Shown: in pieces, positions 8,692-16,507 of the stretch
Numbering within the stretch: the stretch's first letter is position 1
Layout: every line of letters begins with the position of its first letter
Virus record (IMG/VR): IMGVR_UViG_3300045923_000198
Source of the DNA: an uncultured virus (IMG/VR IMGVR_UViG_3300045923_000198)
Taxonomy: Duplodnaviria; Heunggongvirae; Uroviricota; Caudoviricetes
DNA: 20,000 nucleotides
Strand: one strand, 5' to 3'
Position numbers and translations under genes: made by a program
Notes under the pieces: model-generated
Seen by the model: the letters and a program-made list of their open reading frames with translations, nothing else
Databases searched by the model: none
Told to the model about the DNA's origin: nothing

Positions 8692-8992
8692 CAACAGCTC
8701 CGCGATCCTCAAGGCCATCTCGGAGTGCTTCCACCCGCTCTCGGACTACGTGGACGGGTACATCGGGAGCCCCTACCCGGTGGGCGAGCACACGCGGGCC
8801 ATGGACGGAAGCCTCCGCTACCGTCAGCTCGACAACCACGTGAAGCGGATGCCCTTCCAGCTTCAAGTGCGTGACGTGGACGGAGAGCGCATGTGGCGCG
8901 TCGTGCCCGACGACGAGGGTGACAACGGCCAGTTCGGACCCAGCGCCTCATGCAACATGCGGCAGTGGCATAGCAGCGGATCGGGAAACTGA
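8621..8992 (+). CDS. Putative secreted protein with signal peptide
   Basis: AGGGGA RBS. MLKIIRVLPLVLFTLLFSGLGQA resembles a Sec signal peptide. Two Cys in the mature part. Confidence 0.7.
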   Translation: MLKIIRVLPLVLFTLLFSGLGQADNSSAILKAISECFHPLSDYVDGYIGSPYPVGEHTRAMDGSLRYRQLDNHVKRMPFQLQVRDVDGERMWRVVPDDEGDNGQFGPSASCNMRQWHSSGSGN

Positions 8993-9004
8993 CTGACCTG
9001 CTCG

Positions 9005-9235
9005 ATGAACAACTACCTCGAACGCCGCGAGTTCCGCAGGTACGACCAGAGTACCGGGACTCTCAATCCGCCGCGCACCACAGCCCCGTGCTTCGTCGGA
9101 CGGCATGACAGGTGTAAAGGGCGCTGCTTACCGCCTGTCGAATACTACCTCGCGAGTGAGATCGTTCCTGGCTCAGATGGGACCGTTGCGTGCGAATGTC
9201 CCTGCCATCCTGTGGTAGTGGTCCCGGAGGAGTGA
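9005..9235 (+). CDS. Small Cys/His-rich hypothetical protein
   Basis: 76-aa ORF with CFVGRHDRC and CECPCH. Tiles between its neighbours. Confidence 0.55.
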   Translation: MNNYLERREFRRYDQSTGTLNPPRTTAPCFVGRHDRCKGRCLPPVEYYLASEIVPGSDGTVACECPCHPVVVVPEE

Positions 9236-9236
9236 C

Positions 9237-9887
9237 ATGATCCGCGCCATCGGCTTTGAAGGTGTCCCTGGTCCGCAGCGTCAACCCGCACGTCTCGCGG
9301 GCATCTTCGTGGACGAGGACAACTGCCGTGTGACCTGGAAGGGCAACGGTTTTCGTCGCATGTCCAACCGGACCGTAACTCATCTCCCGGCCAGCTCCAC
9401 AACCCGCATCGAGCCGCCCATCGAGGCGATCGTGGACTCCGCCTTCCTCGTGCTCGATAGCCGTGACCTGGAAGTGTGGCAGGCTGCCGCTTTCCAGAAC
9501 GAGCCCCCGAACGCTCTGCCCGGCCCCGAGAAAGTCCGCGACCAAATGCGGGCCATCGGTGGGATGTGCCATGCGTGGCTCTGCACGCCACCGGCCGCCC
9601 TGCGTGTGCTTGGCGTGCTCCGCGACGCCGCCATTTGGGACCTATCCGCAGCGCTGGCGAAGAGCGACGACATCCGGGTCTACGAGCTGGCTTGGCGCGT
9701 CCACCGCTGCGCTGTCAACGACGACGACATCTTCATCGTCGCCGCTGCCCTGGAGCAGTCCATCCACCCTGACCGCGCTACCGACTTGCTCAAGGGGCAC
9801 TTCTACGAGATGCCGCCCACTGCTCAGGAGTCCGCACTCAGCCTCGCCAGGACACGGCTTGACGCGCTCAAGAGCCTAGTCCCCTAG
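9237..9887 (+). CDS. Hypothetical protein
   Basis: GGAGGAG RBS before ATG. 216 aa. Confidence 0.7.
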   Translation: MIRAIGFEGVPGPQRQPARLAGIFVDEDNCRVTWKGNGFRRMSNRTVTHLPASSTTRIEPPIEAIVDSAFLVLDSRDLEVWQAAAFQNEPPNALPGPEKVRDQMRAIGGMCHAWLCTPPAALRVLGVLRDAAIWDLSAALAKSDDIRVYELAWRVHRCAVNDDDIFIVAAALEQSIHPDRATDLLKGHFYEMPPTAQESALSLARTRLDALKSLVP

Positions 9888-10217
9888 ATCATCTTCCTCA
9901 GGTCCGCGGTCTTCCAGGACGATGTAACCCGGATGAAGACCATCATGAACCTCGCGATGGCATCGACAACAGAGCAGGACGCACTTGTCCAGCTCGCGTT
10001 GAACGCGAACCCATGAGGACACGCCGGACGAGATTTCGAAGTCCTTCTCCTGCGGGTCGAGATGGTGGAAGTCGAAGGCGGCCGGCGACTTGTCGTAGCC
10101 GCAGATCGCACAGCGACCACCCTTGTAAGCGACCGCTCGATCTCGTAGGTCCCGGCGACGACTAGCGGCCTTCTGTCGCCGCTGCCAGCGCTCCTCATCC
10201 GATTTCACCGAGGCCAT
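9876..10217 (-). CDS. HNH endonuclease family protein (Zn-binding)
   Basis: YKGGRCAICGY...FDFHHLDP...ELDKCVLLCCRCHREVH is a typical phage HNH pattern. Real start is probably ATG 10217, not 10823. Confidence 0.85.
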   Translation of the reverse strand: MASVKSDEERWQRRQKAASRRRDLRDRAVAYKGGRCAICGYDKSPAAFDFHHLDPQEKDFEISSGVSSWVRVQRELDKCVLLCCRCHREVHDGLHPGYIVLEDRGPEEDDLGD

Positions 10218-10247
10218 CGCCTGCCCCGGTGTACAAGTAGGAAGACG

Positions 10248-10865
10248 ATGTTCTTTCGAGACGAAGACGACGATCTGCGCCGCACACCGCCTCGCAACCT
10301 CGGCATCGAGGCAGGCTTGAACGATCGTGAACGAGCGCAGGCGGCGTACGACCGGATGATGCGGAGCCACCCCGGCCAGATGATGGACTCCGGGGTCACC
10401 GTGGACGATGTGCTGAAGAAGCCGTTGCCAACCCCGCCACCTCGTCCTGCCAAGCCTGAAGAACCCACGGGTGCGATGGCCCGCTACACCGCTCGCATCG
10501 AGAAGTTCGAGAAAGACGGGCGTCCCATGCCCCGTCTTCGGCATCATGCCCTCTGGCTCCTGCACAACTGCGTGGCGCACCCACTTCTGGCCGTGACAGG
10601 CAAGAACGTTCAGCCGCTCGCCGTCGAGTTCCACGAGTTGACGAGCCAGTGGCTCAATCACAAGAGGGCCGCCAATGTTCCAGGTGGCCCCGTGGAACGC
10701 CGTGACCGCTTCCTCCAGATCATGATGCCCCAGGTCGAGAACGAAGGCTCCTGGTTCATCCACAATGTCCTCGCCCACGTGGCCATCGGCCTCGTGCCCT
10801 GCAAGACCACCTTCGACCTGCACGACTGGAGCGCCGAAGTGATGGGCGTTCCTGGATGGGTCTGA
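10248..10865 (+). CDS. Hypothetical protein with duplicated W-x-x-HN-x-x-AH motif
   Basis: AGGAAG RBS and an upstream CGGTGTA. Internal repeat WLLHNCVAHP...FHE / WFIHNVLAHV...LHD. Confidence 0.75.
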   Translation: MFFRDEDDDLRRTPPRNLGIEAGLNDRERAQAAYDRMMRSHPGQMMDSGVTVDDVLKKPLPTPPPRPAKPEEPTGAMARYTARIEKFEKDGRPMPRLRHHALWLLHNCVAHPLLAVTGKNVQPLAVEFHELTSQWLNHKRAANVPGGPVERRDRFLQIMMPQVENEGSWFIHNVLAHVAIGLVPCKTTFDLHDWSAEVMGVPGWV

Positions 10866-11551
10866 GCGAGAAGGTCGCCGCTGCCATCGAGGCCGCCGAC
10901 TTCGTGGTGGGGTCGGACGAGTGCGGATACGGTGCCTGGGCCGGTCCCCTGGTCGTCTGCGCGGCCGTTCTGCCCAAGGCGTGGCCCTACGTCCACCTGG
11001 TCCGAGACTCGAAGCAGGTGCGGACTGAGGAGCAGCGCGAGGCCATTGCCAGGCAGATCCTCCCGCACCTCACCTACGAGATCCTGAGCGTCCCTCCCGA
11101 GGACATCGACCGCATCGGCGTGTCCAAGGTGCTGCCTTGGGCGCACGGCAAGGTGCTCGACCTGGTCATCGCGAAGCACGAGGCGTCGGGTGCCAGGGGC
11201 CAGCGTATCGTCATCGTAGACGGCTCGCTGAGCATCCTCTACGGCGAAGGCCAGAAGGCGATCTCGGTCGTCAAGGGCGACTCCCTCGTCACAGCGGTGT
11301 CCGCGGCCAGCATCCTCGGCAAGGTCGCCAGAGACACGACCATGATCGCCTTGGCGGCCAAGTTCCCCGGCTACGGCTTCGAGAGCCATAAGGGCTACGG
11401 TGGCGGAGACGACCACGCGCACACCCTCGCGCTAGAGAAGCTCGGCCCCTGCGAGATCCACCGCAAGAGCTACAGCCCGGTCCGGAACCGGATGCAAGGC
11501 CCGAGCACGAGCCTCTTCGATCTGGCGATGAGCGGAGAGCTGGACGACTAA
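10856..11551 (+). CDS. rnhB: Ribonuclease HII
   Basis: GSDECGYGAWAGPLVV, RDSK, IVDG, KGDS..VSAASILGKVARD, HKGYG, G.C.IHRKSY. Confidence 0.93.
   Translation: MGLSEKVAAAIEAADFVVGSDECGYGAWAGPLVVCAAVLPKAWPYVHLVRDSKQVRTEEQREAIARQILPHLTYEILSVPPEDIDRIGVSKVLPWAHGKVLDLVIAKHEASGARGQRIVIVDGSLSILYGEGQKAISVVKGDSLVTAVSAASILGKVARDTTMIALAAKFPGYGFESHKGYGGGDDHAHTLALEKLGPCEIHRKSYSPVRNRMQGPSTSLFDLAMSGELDD
11507..11548 (+). repeat. Coding repeat copy 1: TSLFDLAMSGELDD
   Basis: acg agc ctc ttc gat ctg gcg atg agc gga gag ctg gac gac. Matches 12428..12469 at 34 of 42 nt, and all differences are synonymous. Confidence 0.95.
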
Positions 11552-11569
11552 CGCGGTGTAGGGGGTCGC

Positions 11570-12481
11570 GTGAAACACGCGCACCCGTTCATCAAGTGGG
11601 TTGGCGGCAAGACGCAGCTATTGCCCAAGCTCCTGGGACTGATCCCGAAAGAGATCAAGACCTACTACGAGCCGTTCCTGGGAGGGGGTGCTGTCTTCTG
11701 GGCCCTCGCCAAAGAGGGGCGCTTCGAGCAGGCCATACTCAACGACTGGAACGAGGAGCTGACCAACACATACAAGGTCGTCCGCGACAAGCCGGAGTCC
11801 CTCATCGAGCAGCTCACTATCTTCGCGGACGAGTACAAGGCCAACCCAGAGGAGACATTCAGTACCATCCGCGCGTACGACCGCGAGGACATCACGAAGT
11901 ACAACCCCGTGGTCCGCGCAGCACGGATGATCTTCCTCAACAAGACCTGCTACAACGGCCTGTACCGGGTGAACAAGGCGGGCCAGTTCAACAGCCCGTT
12001 CGGCGAGTTCAAGACTCCGCCAACCGTCTGTGATGCGCAGAATATCCGGGACTGCTCTGCGGTACTCGAAAAGGTACCAACCATCCACACGGGGGACTTC
12101 GCCCTGATCGCAGAGATGGCGACCGAAGGGGATGTGGTCTACTTCGATCCCCCGTACGAGCCCGTCTCGGACACGGCCGACTTCACCTCATACACGGAGG
12201 TTGGCTTCGGACGAGAAGACCAGCTCCGGCTGGCCTCCCTGTTCAAGAAGCTCGCCGAGCGTGGCGTCCGGGTGCTCATGTCCAACCACGACACGCCGAG
12301 CATCCGCGAGATGTACGCGGGCTTCGAGGTCATCCAAGTTCCGGCCCGACGCAACATCAACAGCAAGGGCTCGAAGCGCGGGCACGTCATGGAGGTTGTT
12401 GTTGTGAGCCACCCGGTGCCGAAGGACACCAGCTTGTTCGACCTCGCGATGAGCGGGGAGCTGGATGATGCAGCACCATGA
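11570..12481 (+). CDS. dam: DNA adenine methyltransferase (Dam/D12 family)
   Basis: PFIKWVGGK, YYEPFLGGGAV (motif I), FLNKTCYNGLYRVN...FNSPFG, YFDPPY (motif IV), RRNINSKG. GATC specificity is inferred from family only. Confidence 0.93.
   Translation: MKHAHPFIKWVGGKTQLLPKLLGLIPKEIKTYYEPFLGGGAVFWALAKEGRFEQAILNDWNEELTNTYKVVRDKPESLIEQLTIFADEYKANPEETFSTIRAYDREDITKYNPVVRAARMIFLNKTCYNGLYRVNKAGQFNSPFGEFKTPPTVCDAQNIRDCSAVLEKVPTIHTGDFALIAEMATEGDVVYFDPPYEPVSDTADFTSYTEVGFGREDQLRLASLFKKLAERGVRVLMSNHDTPSIREMYAGFEVIQVPARRNINSKGSKRGHVMEVVVVSHPVPKDTSLFDLAMSGELDDAAP
12428..12469 (+). repeat. Coding repeat copy 2: TSLFDLAMSGELDD
   Basis: acc agc ttg ttc gac ctc gcg atg agc ggg gag ctg gat gat, followed by AAP and stop. 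Confidence 0.95.
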
Positions 12482-12834
12482 GGCGGTTCTATCTACGGCG
12501 TGACGAAGATCTGAGCGGGGTCTCAGGGAGCGGAGTCGTCGCCGAGGGTGTGGTGTTCTGGAACGGCAAGTGCGTGCTCAACTGGCGCACGAAGTTCACG
12601 AGCACGGCGCACTACGACGACCTGGAGACGCTCTTGAACGTGCACGGGCACGGCGGCAAGACCCGGCTCATCTGGTTCGACGACAAGCCTTCGGAGCCGA
12701 AGGCCAGCATGGGCGAAGCCGCTCAACCGGCTTGCTCATTCTGTAGCAAGCTCGCGAACGAGGTGAAGCTCCTCACCTCCGGGTTGCCTTCGTCGCACGC
12801 GTACATCTGCGACGAGTGCAAGGCCAAGCCTTAG
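12478..12834 (+). CDS. Phage-type hypothetical domain fused to a ClpX-type C4 zinc finger
   Basis: ATGA overlap with dam. N-terminal RRFYLRRDEDLSGVSGSGVVAEG...HGHGGKT. C-terminal CSFCSK..EVKLLTSG...YICDEC resembles the zf-C4_ClpX pattern CSFCGK..V..L..G...ICDEC. Confidence 0.75.
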   Translation: MRRFYLRRDEDLSGVSGSGVVAEGVVFWNGKCVLNWRTKFTSTAHYDDLETLLNVHGHGGKTRLIWFDDKPSEPKASMGEAAQPACSFCSKLANEVKLLTSGLPSSHAYICDECKAKP

Positions 12835-13199
12835 CCGAGCTTCGGCGGCTTGGGGAAGTGCAGCCACTTGTTGCGGGCGAGCAGGTCGTAGAGCACCGGC
12901 TCCAAGAAGGACACGACCATCTCCTCGCGGGCGATCCGGGAGTCCCGAGTTCGGCCGCCGAGGACCTTCTCCTTCATGTCCCCGCTGTGCGCGTGGAAGC
13001 ACACGTGAAGAAGCTCGTGGAGGAGCTTCATCTTGAGGAACGCCTCGTCGGGACACCACGAGATCTCGATGGTGCTGGTTTCCTCGTCGTAGTACGCGTC
13101 GCAGGGGATCCCATCGAGGATGATGGGCTTCTTCGTCAGGTAGACGCGAACCTCACTCCCGTGAGCTGCAACCTTGCACCAGAGGCGACGCCCCTTCAT
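12831..13199 (-). CDS. Small HExxH zincin-like metallopeptidase domain protein
   Basis: DAYYDEETSTIEI...LLHELLHVCF...EEMVV, with HExxH at 13005-13019 plus a distal Glu. GAGG RBS. Confidence 0.7.
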   Translation of the reverse strand: MKGRRLWCKVAAHGSEVRVYLTKKPIILDGIPCDAYYDEETSTIEISWCPDEAFLKMKLLHELLHVCFHAHSGDMKEKVLGGRTRDSRIAREEMVVSFLEPVLYDLLARNKWLHFPKPPKLG

Positions 13200-13208
13200 C
13201 GCGGCCTC

Positions 13209-14501
13209 TCACTTCCCACCCCGAGAGACGGGGATCTCCTCCCGGTAGGCCGTGTCGTCCTCGATGATCTGCGGCTTCTCCATCTCGAAGTACGCGCGGT
13301 ACTCGTGGATGAAGGACCGCAAGGTCCCGTGTGACGTCAGGTCCCAGGAAAGGATCATCCCTCCGATCGCCGGCGCGCCGCCAAGCGACTTGGAGAAGGC
13401 GCTACCGCCACCTTGGAACGTCGGACACGCCACCGCGTGGACTCCGCGCTCGTAGACGTGGCAGTACACGTGCCAGTGACCTGCCAGGAGGATGTTCGGC
13501 TTCTCGCCCGAAGCGTACTTCTCGACGTGCTTCTGGAGGGCGTACGAGCGGGCGTACGACACACCCGAACGCGGGTGCCAAAGGTGGACGATGGCGCCCT
13601 TGACCTTGAGGAAGGCCCCGCGGTTGCCGTAGAAGTGCAGGTCGTTGCGGCCGCGCTTGCGGAAGTAGCCGGTCAGGAAGTGGCCGACGTCCACGCCCGA
13701 GTTCTCGGTGAACGTGAAGTCGTGGTTGCCGGTGATGGCCCGGTAGTTGAGCCCCGGCAGTTGCGGTAGGGTCTCGAAGAGATCCCGCGCTTGGTCGTCC
13801 AGACCCACGTGCGATACCTCGAAGACGCCGTGCCTGTACATACCGTCGAGAACGTCGCCCGGGTGCAGGATCTCCCTCACACCTTGCTCGTAGGCGTAGT
13901 GGACGAACTCCTTGAGCTGCTCCCGCATGCAGTATTTGGAGCCGAGGTGCGTGTCCGAGATGACACCGACCTTCTGGCGCTCTCCGATGACCGGAGCGAT
14001 GCCCACCTGGCGCACGCGCTCTTCAGGCTGCGCGGAGCGGATACCGACGTGGTTGTTCTCCACGTGCAGCCGGATCCCCATCTCCTTCGCTTGCTCGATG
14101 AGCCCGCGCGTCTTGGACGGAGACAGGTCCAGCTTGTCGCACAGGTCGGCGAAGACCACTGGACCACGCCGGGAGACCTGCACGAGCTTGTGTAGGGGAC
14201 TTCCTGGGTCGAACCCGTTGTCGTCCTCGCCCTCGTCGTCATCCTCTTCGTCAGCGGCATTGTTGGGGCCGCTAGCGTTGGGGGACATTCTGTCCTGTTC
14301 ATCGGACTCATCGTCCTCTGCACAGTACGTAGAGGGAGGTCCCAGCTCGTGTCTCAGGAACACTGACCTGAGCGCGTGTGCTGTTACATCACGGCCGATG
14401 ACTCGTTGAATCTCTTCAACTGCATCGCGAAAGCGCCCGACTGAGTATTTACGCAGGATCTCTTTGGCTCGCCTGAGATCCGCCCCCGTCCATACAACCA
14501 T
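13209..14501 (-). CDS. Calcineurin-like metallophosphoesterase with N-terminal HTH-like domains
   Basis: All five motifs present: SDTH, GDVLDG, GNHD, WHP, GHWH. Acidic linker. HTH-like LCDKLDLSPSKTRGLIEQAKEMG. Confidence 0.85.
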   Translation of the reverse strand: MVVWTGADLRRAKEILRKYSVGRFRDAVEEIQRVIGRDVTAHALRSVFLRHELGPPSTYCAEDDESDEQDRMSPNASGPNNAADEEDDDEGEDDNGFDPGSPLHKLVQVSRRGPVVFADLCDKLDLSPSKTRGLIEQAKEMGIRLHVENNHVGIRSAQPEERVRQVGIAPVIGERQKVGVISDTHLGSKYCMREQLKEFVHYAYEQGVREILHPGDVLDGMYRHGVFEVSHVGLDDQARDLFETLPQLPGLNYRAITGNHDFTFTENSGVDVGHFLTGYFRKRGRNDLHFYGNRGAFLKVKGAIVHLWHPRSGVSYARSYALQKHVEKYASGEKPNILLAGHWHVYCHVYERGVHAVACPTFQGGGSAFSKSLGGAPAIGGMILSWDLTSHGTLRSFIHEYRAYFEMEKPQIIEDDTAYREEIPVSRGGK

Positions 14502-14548
14502 CGGAGTCTCCGGTTGGGTAGCGCCGTCGAGATCCGGATGCGGATTCG

Positions 14549-14586
14549 ATCTAGCAAGGCCCTGGATTTACCGAGCCTTGCTAGAT
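14549..14586. other. 12-bp perfect inverted repeat (hairpin or operator) in intergenic region
   Basis: ATCTAGCAAGGC (14549-14560) / GCCTTGCTAGAT (14575-14586) with a 14-nt spacer. No U-tract. Confidence 0.7.
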
Positions 14587-14605
14587 GAACCCTATAGAGA
14601 GAACC

Positions 14606-15697
14606 TTACGTGGGGTTCGAGTTCAGATACCCAATCCACTCGCAGACCCCCATTTTGATGTAGCGTTCGAGGTGGTGCAGTCCCTCTTCCGCTCCATGTG
14701 TGTCCCACAAGAGATGGGAGCCCACGCGAGAGATCTCCTCGGCGGAGTCGGGGTTCGCGTGCCACGAGCTGGGGGTCCATTCGATGGCCGGTCCGACAAC
14801 GCTCGGAACACCTTCCGTAGCAGCGTCGGCGGTCACGATGTTGAACGTTTCCGTGAACGAGACCTGGAGGCAGAGGTCCATGTGCCCTACCGTGTGGCGG
14901 AACGAGGACCACTCCTCCCACGGAACCTCAACGATCTTCGCCCAGCGCAGGCCGGAGAACATGTTGCGGACCGTGTGCAGAACGCTGCCGCCCTGCGAGT
15001 TCTCCTTGCGGCCGACGTTCATGTAGAACTCCAGATCGGAGCCCCGACGTTCGGCCATCATGAGAGCGGCCGCCGCAGCGGTCGAGTGGTTCTTCAAGAG
15101 GCGCAGCGCGCCGAAGCTGCCGATGCGCAGATTGCGGTGGCTGTGGCTCTCATCGCGCTTGCGGTTCACCCGCTCGACGTCGTAGAGGTTCGGCAGGTAG
15201 AGGCAGCGCGACGAGTACGTCTTCTGGAGGAACTCCTGGAGACGGCGCGTGTTGCAGGCAACGCTCAGATTGAGCTGCACATCCTGCAACTGGAGCATCT
15301 CGCGCAGAAGCTTCACTGCCCCCGGCTCCACCTGAAGGAACCCGATCTGGGAGTGCGACCGCACGATGAAGTGAACGTGGGGGAACTCCGTGAGAAGCTC
15401 CGCCATCTCGTTCGTCTTGACCCAGAACGCCTCGATGAGGAGGTGTGAGGGCGCGTACTGTTGAAGAACCTTGCGCAGACCATCGACGTCCCAGACCGGG
15501 GCGATGTCGCAGCGAATGTGGTGCTTACGGAGCACCTTCGCCGTCTGCAACGCGTTGATACCGAGGCCGCGGTGACAGAAGTAACCGCCTCCCTCGCTGC
15601 CGTAGTCGTCGCCGTAATCCCCATACGACTTGAAGTCGCGGTAGCAGATGACGACGTGTGCTCGCTCTTTCTTGTGATCCAGATAGTGCATGTTCAT
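14606..15697 (-). CDS. GT-B fold glycosyltransferase (GT4-like)
   Basis: FGALRLLKN and VSFTETFNIVTADAATEGVPSV, resembling the S..E.F.....[ED]A...G.P.V motif. Also YLPNLY and RSHS. Confidence 0.75.
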   Translation of the reverse strand: MNMHYLDHKKERAHVVICYRDFKSYGDYGDDYGSEGGGYFCHRGLGINALQTAKVLRKHHIRCDIAPVWDVDGLRKVLQQYAPSHLLIEAFWVKTNEMAELLTEFPHVHFIVRSHSQIGFLQVEPGAVKLLREMLQLQDVQLNLSVACNTRRLQEFLQKTYSSRCLYLPNLYDVERVNRKRDESHSHRNLRIGSFGALRLLKNHSTAAAAALMMAERRGSDLEFYMNVGRKENSQGGSVLHTVRNMFSGLRWAKIVEVPWEEWSSFRHTVGHMDLCLQVSFTETFNIVTADAATEGVPSVVGPAIEWTPSSWHANPDSAEEISRVGSHLLWDTHGAEEGLHHLERYIKMGVCEWIGYLNSNPT

Positions 15698-15775
15698 CCT
15701 GCCGCCGGCCTTTGCCCTTAGGTCCCAGCGGCAACCTCGCTAAGGCGGTGGCAAAAGGTGAACTATCGCCAACAG

Positions 15776-16507
15776 TCAGGTGAGGAAACGAGCAGCGACA
15801 CGCTCGGCGAGCCCAAGCGAAGCCGTTTTCGTTACGGCAGTTGACCCCTCGGTCGTGTAGGTGGATTCGAGCCCAGGATCGAGATAGTTGAAGCGAATCA
15901 AGTCCGCTTCCAGACCGACCTCATCGGCCACCTTGTCGAGAGTCTTGAGGAACTCAGCGCGAAGCACCTTGGTACGAGCCCGGCGCTGCGTGGGAAGCGA
16001 TTGCCCGGCCGACCGTGTTTCGTTCAGAGCCGAATGCATCCTGACGTTGGCGTTGTAGCCTCGGATGTCCTTCATCGAGAGCTTGTGCCGGCTCAAATAA
16101 TCCCCGACCATCTCGGCCGTGACCCTGCCTGTGTCGTGGGCGAACAGCTCGTCGTTGTCGTCTTCTGTGGTCTCGAACGCCGTCTGAAGAGCCTGGATGA
16201 TGGTCCGGTTCGCTATCGGCCGACGCTTGCCAGCGCTTCGGTAGGTCGCGGACCACTCTTCCTCCCCCAACTCGACGTTCTTCTTACGCCAACCCACGGG
16301 GTCCTCGTTGGTCTCCACCATGAGGCCAACCGCCAAAGCCGTGAGGAACCTGTTCGGGTCTCCAGAACTCAAGTCGCGGCGGATGCGTCCCTGCATCGAC
16401 TCGACCGCCGAACGAATGCGGCTCAAGCGTCGCGAGGTCGAGCGTGCCTTGCGCTCCTCGCTCATCATACCCTTGGCTTTCGCGCGTGCGAGAACGTTGA
16501 AGTTCAC
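15776..16507 (-). CDS. Degenerate DNA topoisomerase IB catalytic-core homolog
   Basis: RIRRDL...ALAVGLMVET, LF...VT...V.DYL, KDIRGYNAN, VADEVG...IRFNYLDP follow the bacterial/viral TopIB order. Start GTG 16507 has a GAGGAGG RBS and a GTGA overlap with the upstream stop. Confidence 0.75.
   Translation of the reverse strand: MNFNVLARAKAKGMMSEERKARSTSRRLSRIRSAVESMQGRIRRDLSSGDPNRFLTALAVGLMVETNEDPVGWRKKNVELGEEEWSATYRSAGKRRPIANRTIIQALQTAFETTEDDNDELFAHDTGRVTAEMVGDYLSRHKLSMKDIRGYNANVRMHSALNETRSAGQSLPTQRRARTKVLRAEFLKTLDKVADEVGLEADLIRFNYLDPGLESTYTTEGSTAVTKTASLGLAERVAARFLT

Noticed and set aside
10218..10823. N-terminal extension of the HNH ORF (315 aa in the track)
   Set aside because: Overlaps the + gene 10248..10865. 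The HNH-like sequence begins at ATG 10217.
11507..12469. 42-nt repeat read as mobile-element ends or att sites flanking dam
   Set aside because: All mismatches are synonymous, and no integrase or transposase is nearby. Protein-level constraint explains it better, though an origin by duplication is not excluded.
9876..12481. HNH + Dam as a restriction-modification system
   Set aside because: The genes are on opposite strands and separated by two genes. Both are common stand-alone phage genes.
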